IMG/VR virus record: IMGVR_UViG_3300028025_000089
Length of the DNA: 64,000 nucleotides
Reading direction: 5' to 3' (one strand)
Origin: a virus
Lineage: Duplodnaviria; Caudoviricetes
A program made the position numbers and the translations under genes. Below are positions 22,004 to 31,559 of this stretch, piece after piece (within the stretch, counting starts at the first letter, position 1; every line of letters begins with the position of its first letter). The notes under the pieces are model-generated. The model saw only the letters and a list, made by a program, of their open reading frames with translations, was not told where the DNA came from and did not search any database.

Positions 22004-24523
22004 ATGGCCTACATAATTAAAAATACATCAGGTTTGGTTAACACCCGAGTTACTGACACGGGAAGACAAAGATTGTCTGAAGGTAGATTCAATATCACAT
22101 ATTTTGCTATTGGTGATAGTGAAATATCTTATAATCAATTACCCAACACTTATAACCAATCAAACACCGTTGTATTGGAACCTCAATTTAATGCTCAAAA
22201 TAGTTCAGGCGTTCCTGAATCAAATAGACAATATATTAAATATCCTTATTTGGTTGATGAAGGTCAAACAAACCTTTATGGTATTCCATTTATGGATTCG
22301 CAAATTGAATCTGTTTATAATAGAGCTGCAATGAGAGGATTTTTTACAGGAAACACAACAGCGTCAACTGTAAATTGGAAGGCTCTTGTTAATAATTCAT
22401 ATGTTGTGACACCAAATTATGTTGTTAATATGTCAACGTTAAATGGGTCAAATGAAATCAACGTATATCGATTAGATTGTAATAGTCAAAATAATAATAC
22501 ACCACAAGTTGGTGATTTTATTACAATATATTATGATGGGTTTGCAAAAAATGATTGTTCTTGTTCTAATTTCCCGACACCAACACCATCGGCATCGGTA
22601 GGACAAACACCAACACCTACACCAACTCCATCGGCAACATTATCAAACCCTTGTGCGTCACCAACACCGACACCAAGCCCAACTCAAACACCTTGTATAT
22701 CACCTACACCAAGTGCTCAATGTCCTTTACCACCACCACCTGATTGTTTGAAAAATGTTAATTCTTGTTTTTCAATATTAACATATAGAATCGTTGCGGT
22801 ATGTAATGATAAATTAACATTAGATAGACCAACACCCGACTTTACCAATCTTTCAAGTGATTGTATTGCAAGAACATTAATATATCCACCACAAATGGTT
22901 CCTTTGTATGATAGTTTTACACCTGAACCGCATTGGGCTCAAAGTGTTATTGATTTTGAATCAGTTTGTGATACGGATCAATTTGATGTTAAAATTTGGA
23001 ACATGAATATTCCGTGGACTGAAAGTCCGGCAGGTTTATTGCCATCACAATACCAAGACTATACCAAATTTGGATCAATTAATTATATCGGTCAAAAAGA
23101 ATACTTTGGTTATACAACAAGTGCTCAAACATCTACAGACGATGTTTATTATTATAACTCTTTTGGTGAAAAACAAGTTGTGACACCGCAAGATCAAAAG
23201 GCTATTGCAATTATTCATTATACTAATCAAACAATAGATTTCTTTTATGGTGAAAAATTTGCTTTAGAACCATATGACACACAAAACCCTGAAAACACAC
23301 AAGGTCAAGCAAGAAACTTTAAGTTACACATGCCAACAATAATGTGGCATAAAAACCCTGAATGTTGTTTTGGTCAAACATTCTATGTTGATCCTCCAGG
23401 GTTCGAAGGTAAAAACTTGTTTACAGTTCAATATACAAAATCAAATATTTCGTCCAACATGAATAAACCTGGATTGAGATATTATAATTTATGGGACACA
23501 TTTGCACAACCAAATGGACTTCCAAGTAGAATTGGAAAAGTATATCCTGATTCTAAAATGATAATAATAGATGACGAAGAATTGGTTGCTGCACTTTCAT
23601 ATAAGTCAAATCGAAATTGGACTTTACCGGCACCTCAAGTTTCGTTATTAACACCAAACACTTGTGGTGTTTCTAATACTACAGGAGTTTTAACTGGTGG
23701 CAGTGAAACAATGTGGGTGACTTATAGATTAACAAACACTAATTACTTTACTAATTCATTACATTGTAATTACTATGTGAACGTAGTTGGAACTGAAAAT
23801 GTTTGTTCACCTGAAACACCAAAAAATGTTGCGGTTAGATTCGGAGGAGATTTCCCTTGTTTAGTTCAACCAGGTTTTACACCAACAACCACAACCACAA
23901 CAATTCCTTTTACAACAACCACAACTACAAGTCCATTAACAACAACTACAACTACAAGTCCATTAATTACAACCACAACAACTATTTGTCCAACTTGTGT
24001 TGTTCCTGCAGGTTTTTACGCGACTGAATTCCAAGTATTAGCTCAAAGAGTTCCTACGGGACAAAGACCAACCCCTGAAAGTTGGAAGATGATTGATTTT
24101 ACACAACAAATAAGTAGTTTATTTATTAATGGATATGTAACACAAGAATCATTAACGGCAACAACATTTACAATTACTGCTGAAAATTATGACAGCGCTC
24201 CATTCTACAATCTAAATGATTATGTTACACTTGTTCCTAATGGTGCGACAGGTCAACAATTAAACTTTGGTGATGAATATTATTTCTATGGAAATTTAGA
24301 GACAGATATTCAAGCAACGATCTACGAAATGAAATATAAGATAAACTTGAATTCTTCTGAATTTTTGGTGTCTCAAAACCCAACATGGACAAAAGGGACT
24401 CAATCTTATGTTACGGAAATTGCGTTATTAGATGAAAATGAAGATATTCTTGTTATGTCAAAATTACAATCACCTGTTTTACGACAAGGAATACAACAAT
24501 ACGTGGTAAAATTAGATTTCTAA
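22004..24523 (+). CDS. Tail collar/fibre-attachment-like virion protein with Pro-Thr and Thr linkers
   Basis: N-terminal TDTGRQRL..ITYFAIGDSEI and C-terminal VTEIALLDENEDILVMSKL resemble fibre-attachment domains; PTPTPS and TTTTT tracts. Confidence 0.65.
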   Translation: MAYIIKNTSGLVNTRVTDTGRQRLSEGRFNITYFAIGDSEISYNQLPNTYNQSNTVVLEPQFNAQNSSGVPESNRQYIKYPYLVDEGQTNLYGIPFMDSQIESVYNRAAMRGFFTGNTTASTVNWKALVNNSYVVTPNYVVNMSTLNGSNEINVYRLDCNSQNNNTPQVGDFITIYYDGFAKNDCSCSNFPTPTPSASVGQTPTPTPTPSATLSNPCASPTPTPSPTQTPCISPTPSAQCPLPPPPDCLKNVNSCFSILTYRIVAVCNDKLTLDRPTPDFTNLSSDCIARTLIYPPQMVPLYDSFTPEPHWAQSVIDFESVCDTDQFDVKIWNMNIPWTESPAGLLPSQYQDYTKFGSINYIGQKEYFGYTTSAQTSTDDVYYYNSFGEKQVVTPQDQKAIAIIHYTNQTIDFFYGEKFALEPYDTQNPENTQGQARNFKLHMPTIMWHKNPECCFGQTFYVDPPGFEGKNLFTVQYTKSNISSNMNKPGLRYYNLWDTFAQPNGLPSRIGKVYPDSKMIIIDDEELVAALSYKSNRNWTLPAPQVSLLTPNTCGVSNTTGVLTGGSETMWVTYRLTNTNYFTNSLHCNYYVNVVGTENVCSPETPKNVAVRFGGDFPCLVQPGFTPTTTTTTIPFTTTTTTSPLTTTTTTSPLITTTTTICPTCVVPAGFYATEFQVLAQRVPTGQRPTPESWKMIDFTQQISSLFINGYVTQESLTATTFTITAENYDSAPFYNLNDYVTLVPNGATGQQLNFGDEYYFYGNLETDIQATIYEMKYKINLNSSEFLVSQNPTWTKGTQSYVTEIALLDENEDILVMSKLQSPVLRQGIQQYVVKLDF
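22574..22742 (+). repeat. Pro-Thr/Ser dipeptide repeat tract (coding)
   Basis: PTPTPSASVGQTPTPTPTPSATLSNPCASPTPTPSPTQTPCISPTPSAQCPLPPPP. Confidence 0.9.
23881..23985 (+). repeat. Thr-run tandem repeat (coding)
   Basis: PTTTTTTIPFTTTTTTSPLTTTTTTSPLITTTTT; the DNA unit acaactacaagtccattaa occurs twice. Confidence 0.9.
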
Positions 24524-24580
24524 CCAAAAACTTTAATTTTAATTCTTTTCACTTATAATAATTTAATACAAACAATTTTT

Positions 24581-25189
24581 ATGGCAAAAAATCTGAAAAA
24601 CACACCAAAAGTCTTGGGACTTGATATATCAACCAAAACAATTGGTTGGGCGTTATTCGACATCCAAACTCAAGAGTTATTAGAACTTACCCATGTTTCA
24701 CCAAGACCTAAAATGGATAAAGATGACGATGATAAATTAAAAGAGTTATTACTTAAATCAGAAATTTTTTCAGAGAAGTTAAAACAATATAAAAATCTTG
24801 GAATTGTAAGAATCGTAATTGAAGAGCCTTTATTAAATTCTAACAATGTATATACAATTCAAACCCTATTAAGATTTAATAGTTTTGTTTTCAAAGAGAT
24901 ATACAACATATTTGGAATTGTTCCCGAATTTATTTCAACATACAATTCAAGAAAGTTTGCATTTCCCGAATTAGTCCAAGAAAACGATAAAAAGAAACAC
25001 GTTCTATTTGGAGGTCTTCCAAAAGATGTGGATAAGAAAATGATAATTTGGGAAAAGGTTGCAAAAAGAGAACCTCAAATCAAATGGTTATATACCAAAA
25101 ATAATACACTTAAAAAGGAAAACTTTGACCAAACTGATGCTTATACTTGTGCGTTAGGTTTTATGAGGTCTAAAGGTATTTGGGAATAA
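24581..25189 (+). CDS. ruvC: RuvC-like Holliday junction resolvase
   Basis: VLGLDISTKTIGWA, IVIEEP and DQTDAY give the RNase H-fold D/E/D/D catalytic set. Confidence 0.85.
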   Translation: MAKNLKNTPKVLGLDISTKTIGWALFDIQTQELLELTHVSPRPKMDKDDDDKLKELLLKSEIFSEKLKQYKNLGIVRIVIEEPLLNSNNVYTIQTLLRFNSFVFKEIYNIFGIVPEFISTYNSRKFAFPELVQENDKKKHVLFGGLPKDVDKKMIIWEKVAKREPQIKWLYTKNNTLKKENFDQTDAYTCALGFMRSKGIWE

Positions 25190-25214
25190 TATTGTATAAT
25201 ATATTGATAATTTG

Positions 25215-25246
25215 AAATATCGTCTTTTTAGACGATATTTTTTTTT
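25215..25246. terminator. Bidirectional intrinsic terminator between convergent genes
   Basis: AAATATCGTCT-TTTT-AGACGATATTT 11-bp stem followed by a T run on the + strand. Confidence 0.85.
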
Positions 25247-26735
25247 AACAAGAAAATCCTGTATTTGTTATTAGAGTGTTTTGAGGGTTGTTGGATACTG
25301 GTGTTGTTGATGAACACAAATAAATTGAAGTATTTGGATTCATAGATATTGAAGAAGGACCATTTTCACAACTAAAATAAGATATTGATATTTTAGATGG
25401 ACTGTCATTAACAATCGAATATTCAAACTGAACACATGGTGTAGGACTTGGAGTCGGTGTTGGTGTTTGAGTTGGAGTTTGTGTTGGAGTTTGTGTTAAT
25501 TCAGGAACGCAGTTTAAACAAGCGCCATCTGTAGTTGATCCTATTTCTGTTAATAACTGAATTGTATCCACACCACTTATATTTTCAAATAACCCATCAT
25601 AAATAACACAATATCCTTGTCCGTTAATTATTGCGTTATATACATAACCTTCTTTTGGTGATGTAGTTCCTGAAACCAAAACCAAATCTGATGTAAAATA
25701 TTGAATACCTGTAAAGCAATCTCTGAATTTTTTACTATTTGCACATTGTATAATTTCAGAAAATGTATTAAATATAACTTCACCCGAAAAATTGCAAGGT
25801 CTATCAACTTGTGGTGTTGGAGTTGGTGTCGGTGTAAACGAAGGCGTTGGAGTTGGTGATATACCTAATTTTGAAACTACCATTGATACACCACCACAAA
25901 TTGCCGAACTTGTCGGTGTCATTGTTGGTGTGGGGGTTGGTGTTTTTGGTGGTGTTGTAGAAGGTGTTGGTGGTATATAACAATCAAAAACCGCTTCCAA
26001 ATCTAACGTAGAACAAGGATTAATTGTTGTTGTAGTTGTTGTGCATGGACCAAAATAAAGAACACTATCATCTAAATCAGGACAAGAGGATGCGCTACCA
26101 TATGGTCCGAATTGATCACAAGGATCACCAAGATTTTGAGCTAAACACCATCTTGTTTCACCTGTAGAGTAATAAATCACAAAACTTGTAGATTCACCTG
26201 TATAATATGATTGACCATCAAAAGTTCCTGCAATTTCATATGTGTCGTCGTATGTTGTATCATTTTGAATACAAAATGTTCCTGTGCAAGTGCAGGCAGA
26301 TATACCTAATATTTCACCAGCACTATCAACATCATAAACATCAACACCGTCAGAATAGTAAGAAATTAATGCTGTAGTTGTGCAAGCAGAATCTGTGTAT
26401 ACAATAGACCCAATGTTTAAATCAGAACCATACAAGATATAATCTAATGGTGATAAACAAGAAAGTTCAGGATCTGAAGCCGATGAAAAATTTCCTAAAA
26501 AATTACAAGAACAACCTGAAACTCCGGTAATTTCTCCCGAACCATTTGTTGAATATAAATTAGACCCGTTACTCAAATATATTGATGCTAAAGGCATCGT
26601 GCAACCTGAATCAATATACATCTCTTCACCAATTACCAAACTATCTCCGTATACCGTAGTTGTAAGTGCAGATAAACACAAATCCAAACTAGCGGATGTG
26701 TCAAGAGCAAATAAACCTAAATCATTACAAGCCAT
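25245..26735 (-). CDS. Cys-rich fibre-like protein with internal repeats and Pro-Thr/Thr linkers
   Basis: Two similar N-terminal units (..LCLS..TVYG..L.IG...Y.DSGCT..), plus PTPTPTPTP and TTTTT tracts. Confidence 0.7.
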   Translation of the reverse strand: MACNDLGLFALDTSASLDLCLSALTTTVYGDSLVIGEEMYIDSGCTMPLASIYLSNGSNLYSTNGSGEITGVSGCSCNFLGNFSSASDPELSCLSPLDYILYGSDLNIGSIVYTDSACTTTALISYYSDGVDVYDVDSAGEILGISACTCTGTFCIQNDTTYDDTYEIAGTFDGQSYYTGESTSFVIYYSTGETRWCLAQNLGDPCDQFGPYGSASSCPDLDDSVLYFGPCTTTTTTINPCSTLDLEAVFDCYIPPTPSTTPPKTPTPTPTMTPTSSAICGGVSMVVSKLGISPTPTPSFTPTPTPTPQVDRPCNFSGEVIFNTFSEIIQCANSKKFRDCFTGIQYFTSDLVLVSGTTSPKEGYVYNAIINGQGYCVIYDGLFENISGVDTIQLLTEIGSTTDGACLNCVPELTQTPTQTPTQTPTPTPSPTPCVQFEYSIVNDSPSKISISYFSCENGPSSISMNPNTSIYLCSSTTPVSNNPQNTLITNTGFSC

Positions 26736-26736
26736 A

Positions 26737-26955
26737 TTATGTTAAAGTTTCAGTTACCACACATTCATTACTATCAACCACTTTCACACTAAAAGATCCC
26801 ATACCCTCCAATATAATTGGAAGATTGAAAACGTAAGGTATATCTCCCGAAGTGATTGTTGCAACATAAACACAAGTTGTGAAACCTGTATCACATGTAT
26901 ATACATCAAAAGGGGAAAGACCCGAAAGTGAGGAAATTGTAATTTGCGTTGGCAT
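26737..26955 (-). CDS. Small Cys-containing protein, paralog of 18648..18872
   Basis: Similar to 18648..18872; late motif 6-7 nt before the ATG. Confidence 0.7.
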   Translation of the reverse strand: MPTQITISSLSGLSPFDVYTCDTGFTTCVYVATITSGDIPYVFNLPIILEGMGSFSVKVVDSNECVVTETLT

Positions 26956-26994
26956 ATCAGTAATAAATATAAATGAAGAGAAAACTTTGTGTAG

Positions 26995-27023
26995 TTGATT
27001 AAGTAAAAGATGTTTTTTATATT
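26995..27023 (+). promoter_or_regulatory. -35/-10 promoter (TTGATT-N17-TATATT); probably leaderless transcript
   Basis: Exact 17-nt spacer; ATG at 27030 lies 6 nt after the -10 box. Confidence 0.65.
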
Positions 27024-27029
27024 TTAGGT

Positions 27030-27284
27030 ATGACAGAAAAAGAAATACAATTACTGGGTTTTCAAAGAGAAGAGTCCACTGAAGGGTTTGACGAACCTTT
27101 TTACTATTACACTTACAGAATTGCTGACGGATTGGAATTTATCAGTTGTGCTAACGATGAGGTAAAAGAAGATGAAGAGTGGTATGTTGACATATTCAAT
27201 ACAGATCCCCATATTAGATTTACCGAGTTTGGTGATGTTCAGGGTTTAATCAATATTTTAGAAAAAAGAAAGGTAAAAAAATAA
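27030..27284 (+). CDS. Hypothetical protein
   Basis: ORF with a promoter directly upstream, coupled to the primase gene. Confidence 0.7.
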   Translation: MTEKEIQLLGFQREESTEGFDEPFYYYTYRIADGLEFISCANDEVKEDEEWYVDIFNTDPHIRFTEFGDVQGLINILEKRKVKK

Positions 27285-28183
27285 TGGATGAAAATGAAGC
27301 GTTAGTTGAATTATTAGAGGAGGTTCTTGGAGATCACGGACTTCACTATCCTAATCGCGGTCAAATATCCTTCAATTGCCCTGTTTGTGATGATGATAGA
27401 AACAAACATAATTTAGAGGTTAATTACATAGACAACGTATATAAATGTTGGAGTTGTGGTGATAGTGAGGGAACACACGGACCTTTGGGTAGAATTTTTG
27501 ATAAATACGGAAATAAAAAACATAAGAAATTATATAATGTTTTAAAACCTGAAACTGTTGTAAAACGAGAAAGACCTAAAAAAACCCTTAAACTTCCTGA
27601 CTCTTTCACTTTATTCAAAGACTCAAGTCCGGTATATCCCGTTAGAAGACAAGCCATGAATTATTTAAAAAGTCGTGGTATTACAGATGAGATGATTGAA
27701 AGGTATGGTATTGGATTTTGTGATAAAGGTGATCACTCAGGTCGTATTGTGGTTCCGTCTTATAATAAAAATGGTGAGTTAAACTATTATATTGCAAGAA
27801 GTTGGAATCCAATGTCAAAAGCCAAATATAAGAATCCTGAGGCAGAAAAAGATAAAATCATATTTTGGGAAAACCTTATTGATTGGAATAAAGACATCTT
27901 TTTAGTTGAGGGTGCTTTTGACGGATTGTTTTTAGAAAACTCAATACCGATGCTTGGAAAACATATGTCCGAACTATTGTTTGAGACATTATATATGAAC
28001 GCGAAAGGTAACATAACAATATGTTTAGATAGTGACGCTTGGGAAAATGCTGTAAAACTTTACCACGAGTTAAATGGTGGTGAAATGTGGGGTAGAATTA
28101 AATTAATCAAATTACCTGATGATAAGGATATTGCCGATCTTCGAGGTGAAATAAAAGATGAATATTATCGTATAATAAAATAA
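27284..28183 (+). CDS. DNA primase (Zn finger + TOPRIM)
   Basis: CPVC...CWSC zinc finger, LVEGAFD and ICLDSDA TOPRIM motifs, terminal KDIAD. Confidence 0.9.
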   Translation: MDENEALVELLEEVLGDHGLHYPNRGQISFNCPVCDDDRNKHNLEVNYIDNVYKCWSCGDSEGTHGPLGRIFDKYGNKKHKKLYNVLKPETVVKRERPKKTLKLPDSFTLFKDSSPVYPVRRQAMNYLKSRGITDEMIERYGIGFCDKGDHSGRIVVPSYNKNGELNYYIARSWNPMSKAKYKNPEAEKDKIIFWENLIDWNKDIFLVEGAFDGLFLENSIPMLGKHMSELLFETLYMNAKGNITICLDSDAWENAVKLYHELNGGEMWGRIKLIKLPDDKDIADLRGEIKDEYYRIIK

Positions 28184-29046
28184 TGGAGTTAAAAAAAATC
28201 GCGGAGGAGATTAGACAAATCATATCCGAAAAACAGAAAGAATTACAACTAACCTTCGAAGAGGAAAGTCACAAATATACAATGTTGGATAAAGACGGAA
28301 ATCTAAGAAGTGATTTTCCATCTGTTTCAAAAGTGATGAAACTTTTTTATGACGAGTTTCCAACTGAACAAGCGGCCTTTAATAAAGCCGGTGGTGATCC
28401 TGATGAAGCCGAAAGATTAATTAATGAATGGGCTGAATTAGGAAGAAAATCAACAAATCTTGGATCTCGTTGTCATTACTTGTTAGAGGAACACACATTA
28501 AAAGAATTTGGTATTGAAAAAGAAGTTCGTCAACCAATATTTGATTGTGACGCCGAACAAATAGTCAAAAGTGATTCGATGATCATGGCCGGAAAACACT
28601 ATATTGAACTTCTTAAAGAGAGGGGATGTGAATTGATTGATACTGAAATGGTTTTGGGACATCCTGAATTGGAATATACAGGACAACCCGATAAGGTTTG
28701 GTTGGTAGTTGGAACAAATGGTAATTTAGGTATTTTAATAACAGACTGGAAAAGTAATAAACCAAAAAACTTTGTGGTCACACGTTATACCAAAAAAATG
28801 AAAAAACCATTTGAAGATCTACCTGATAATGCGTTGGGACACTACAACACACAATTACCTTTTTATGGTAAATTACTTTTAAAAATGTTGGAGGGAACCA
28901 AATATGAAAACATACAATTATTAGGATGTATTGTGGTGTTGATTACTGATGAGAGGGAATATCACGAATATCGAGTATCTAAAAAAACAATCAACACAAT
29001 TTTAGAAATGGATATGAAACAATATTTGACTAAACTTAAAAAATAA
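28183..29046 (+). CDS. PD-(D/E)xK exonuclease (Cas4/RecB-like superfamily)
   Basis: SVSK, GQPDKVW, DWKSNK and YNTQLPFY motifs. Confidence 0.8.
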   Translation: MELKKIAEEIRQIISEKQKELQLTFEEESHKYTMLDKDGNLRSDFPSVSKVMKLFYDEFPTEQAAFNKAGGDPDEAERLINEWAELGRKSTNLGSRCHYLLEEHTLKEFGIEKEVRQPIFDCDAEQIVKSDSMIMAGKHYIELLKERGCELIDTEMVLGHPELEYTGQPDKVWLVVGTNGNLGILITDWKSNKPKNFVVTRYTKKMKKPFEDLPDNALGHYNTQLPFYGKLLLKMLEGTKYENIQLLGCIVVLITDEREYHEYRVSKKTINTILEMDMKQYLTKLKK

Positions 29047-29054
29047 ACTATAAT
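29026..29054 (+). promoter_or_regulatory. -35/-10 promoter (TTGACT-N17-TATAAT); probably leaderless
   Basis: Near-perfect sigma-70 consensus; ATG at 29060 is 5 nt after the -10 box. Confidence 0.75.
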
Positions 29055-29059
29055 TAGGT

Positions 29060-29149
29060 ATGGAAACTACATTTACACCCATTTATTATACTAATACTAC
29101 TTGGGACAACGAAACAATTAAAATAAACATAAATTATATTATAAAATGA
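29060..29149 (+). CDS. Small 29-aa protein missing from the ORF track
   Basis: METTFTPIYYTNTTWDNETIKININYIIK; fills the gap, has a promoter, and overlaps the next gene by ATGA. Confidence 0.55.
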   Translation: METTFTPIYYTNTTWDNETIKININYIIK

Positions 29150-29364
29150 GCGACGATATTATCAGACCAAAAATCGACTTACGACAACAAGAAACAATTA
29201 AATGTGAAAAGTGTGAGTCAAAGTTCTTCAAAGAAATCACAATGTTGAAGAAAGTTCCAAAATTATTAACAGGAAGTCATGAAGACACGATTGTTCCATT
29301 CCCAACTTACATGTGTATTGATTGTGGTCATGTGAATGCAGACTTCGAATTGTTTATTGACTAA
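29146..29364 (+). CDS. Small zinc-ribbon protein
   Basis: CEKC...CIDC. Confidence 0.7.
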   Translation: MSDDIIRPKIDLRQQETIKCEKCESKFFKEITMLKKVPKLLTGSHEDTIVPFPTYMCIDCGHVNADFELFID

Positions 29365-29510
29365 TGGAAACAAGAAAAATGACTATTACTGAGGCGTATC
29401 CACACCTTCAAAGTATTGCAACTCTTTATGGTTTAAAACTTAATAGAGCGAAAGAATTCAAATTGGCAAGGACTATTTTAATTAATCTTTATTGTAGAGA
29501 ATTAGTATGA
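29364..29510 (+). CDS. Small 48-aa protein missing from the ORF track
   Basis: METRKMTITEAYPHLQSIATLYGLKLNRAKEFKLARTILINLYCRELV; TAATG and ATGA coupling at its two ends. Confidence 0.65.
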   Translation: METRKMTITEAYPHLQSIATLYGLKLNRAKEFKLARTILINLYCRELV

Positions 29511-29746
29511 CACACAAAGAATTTTATATTTGGTTACAAGGTTACCTTCATGGAAAATTAGAAGATAAGAACATCGATATTGCACCAATTCTTGAAAAGA
29601 TGGATTTGGTAAAAGAAAGTAGCAAGATTGATATTTCTGAACCATTTAGAATTCCAATACCGGTGAATCCTTTTCCAATTCAAGACGACCCATATAAACC
29701 ACCATTTGAGGTATATTGTAATGATAAACAACAATTAAATGATTAA
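29507..29746 (+). CDS. Hypothetical protein
   Basis: Coupled ORF in the operon. Confidence 0.65.
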   Translation: MTHKEFYIWLQGYLHGKLEDKNIDIAPILEKMDLVKESSKIDISEPFRIPIPVNPFPIQDDPYKPPFEVYCNDKQQLND

Positions 29747-29921
29747 AATTATGAAAAGAATACCAGCATTATTTGTAAAATGGTTAGCAAACCTTTTTGG
29801 ATATAAAATTGTTATGTTAAAGGCAAAAAATGGAACAACAACAATTGAAGGCGATAAGGAAGTTATGAAATATACTGATATTTCAGGATACTTTTTTAAA
29901 AAAGAACCACTTCGTAGATGA
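29739..29921 (+). CDS. Hypothetical protein
   Basis: Coupled ORF in the operon. Confidence 0.55.
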   Translation: MIKIMKRIPALFVKWLANLFGYKIVMLKAKNGTTTIEGDKEVMKYTDISGYFFKKEPLRR

Positions 29922-30703
29922 TTATGATTAAAAAACTAATACATTTTTCTGACCTACACATCCGTCTTTTTAAAGACCACGATTTGTATAAATCAATTTT
30001 GGAAACTGCCATTGAACAATGGAGAGAGTTAGAACCTGATCGTATTGTATTTACGGGAGATCTTGTTCATTCTAAAAACCAAATGACACCTGAACTTATT
30101 GAGATGGTTAGATGGTTATTGACCGAATGTTCGTTTGTTGCAAAGACAATCATTATACCTGGAAACCACGACTTCTTGGTAAATAACACCGAAAGAATGG
30201 ATGCATTATCACCAATCATTAGTTCTTTGAATAGTAAAAACATTTATTATTACAAAGACAGAGGTGTATATGAAGATGAAAACATCAGTTGGTGTGTGTA
30301 TTCACAATATCAAGGAAATATTCCACCTGACATTACAGAATCAAAAGGTAAAAGAATTGGATTATTTCACGGACCAATTCAAGGAATGAAAACCGATCTT
30401 GGATTTGACTTTGGTGAAGAGGCATACGATGTTGAAAAGTTTGATGGACTTGAAACCGTATTATGTGGAGATATTCACAAAAGACAAGAATTCAAATTCA
30501 AGACTGGTAAAGGTTATATGATCGGATCGCCAATTCAACAAAACATTGGTGAGAGTATTGGAAAACATGGTTATGGTATTTATGATGTTGAAACAAAAGA
30601 ATATTCTTACGTTGATTTACCAAACCCAAAACCATTTTTGAAGTTCTCCATAAAATCATTTGAAGATATTGAAAATGGATTCGAAAAACTCCAAAATATT
30701 TAA
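29918..30703 (+). CDS. SbcD/Mre11/T4 gp47-like recombination nuclease (metallophosphoesterase)
   Basis: SDLH, GDLVH, PGNHD, LFHG and GDIH motifs; a Rad50-like partner lies downstream. Confidence 0.9.
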   Translation: MIMIKKLIHFSDLHIRLFKDHDLYKSILETAIEQWRELEPDRIVFTGDLVHSKNQMTPELIEMVRWLLTECSFVAKTIIIPGNHDFLVNNTERMDALSPIISSLNSKNIYYYKDRGVYEDENISWCVYSQYQGNIPPDITESKGKRIGLFHGPIQGMKTDLGFDFGEEAYDVEKFDGLETVLCGDIHKRQEFKFKTGKGYMIGSPIQQNIGESIGKHGYGIYDVETKEYSYVDLPNPKPFLKFSIKSFEDIENGFEKLQNI

Positions 30704-31559
30704 TAAGGAAACAATGCAGGCGGTGTCTGCATTTTGTGAATCACAAGAAATTAAGGATATTGATAATTTCATATACCTATGTTTCAAACAAGGATTCGAT
30801 ATTAAAAAATATGGTTTTTTGGGAAAAACGGATAATGAAGAGGAAAAACGGGTAGAAATTGAGGTAATCCGTGAAAAACGTGTTGAGGTTCCTGTTGAAG
30901 TCATCAAAGAAGTTGAGGTAATTAAAGAAGTTGAAAAGATCGTTGAGGTTCCTGTGGAAATAATAAAGGAAGTTGAAAAGATAGTTGAGGTTCCGATTGA
31001 GATAATCAAAGAAGTTGAGAAGATTGTTGAGGTTACAAAAGAAATACCCGTTGACAGGGTAGTTGTTAAGGAAGTTATTAAAGAAGTTCCGGTTGATAGA
31101 GTGGTTGAGAAAATAATCTATACCACCGATGACAACCAAATAAACGAACTTGGCGAAAAAAACGCCAAGTTGGAAATTGAACTATTAAGAAATTCCGAAC
31201 AGTTGAACGAATTGTTGTCAAAAATACAACAGTTAAACGGAGAAATTTCGATCAAGACAGCAGAAATTGACAACATTAGACAAGAACATTCTTCTAAAAC
31301 AGAAGAAATAGAAAGTAATTTTCAAACTACATTGTCTATGAAAGAAGTTGAATTACAACAACTTAAAATAAGTTTAGAAGAAAACCTAAACAACGAAAAA
31401 TTGAAACTTCTTCAACAGACAATACAAAATCTTAGAGGGGAACTTCAACAAAAGAATGAACAAATAAAAGAGTTAGAAAAAATAAACCGAGAACTTTTGA
31501 ATGGTAACCAAAATCAGGCTTATCTTCTTAGGGGATCAAATTTAAATAGAAGATTATGA
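30675..31559 (+). CDS. Coiled-coil protein with EKIVEVPV-type repeats
   Basis: The track start is TTG at 30660; ATG at 30675 preferred. Repeats followed by a heptad-rich C-terminus. Confidence 0.75.
   Translation: MDSKNSKIFNKETMQAVSAFCESQEIKDIDNFIYLCFKQGFDIKKYGFLGKTDNEEEKRVEIEVIREKRVEVPVEVIKEVEVIKEVEKIVEVPVEIIKEVEKIVEVPIEIIKEVEKIVEVTKEIPVDRVVVKEVIKEVPVDRVVEKIIYTTDDNQINELGEKNAKLEIELLRNSEQLNELLSKIQQLNGEISIKTAEIDNIRQEHSSKTEEIESNFQTTLSMKEVELQQLKISLEENLNNEKLKLLQQTIQNLRGELQQKNEQIKELEKINRELLNGNQNQAYLLRGSNLNRRL
30852..31117 (+). repeat. EKIVEVPV / EVIKEV coding repeats
   Basis: Five VPV/VPI/IPV units in alternating charged-hydrophobic sequence. Confidence 0.9.

Noticed and set aside
28183-29046. 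Cas4 / CRISPR-Cas system
   Set aside because: No Fe-S cysteine cluster, no other cas genes and no repeat-spacer array seen; the context is replication/recombination.
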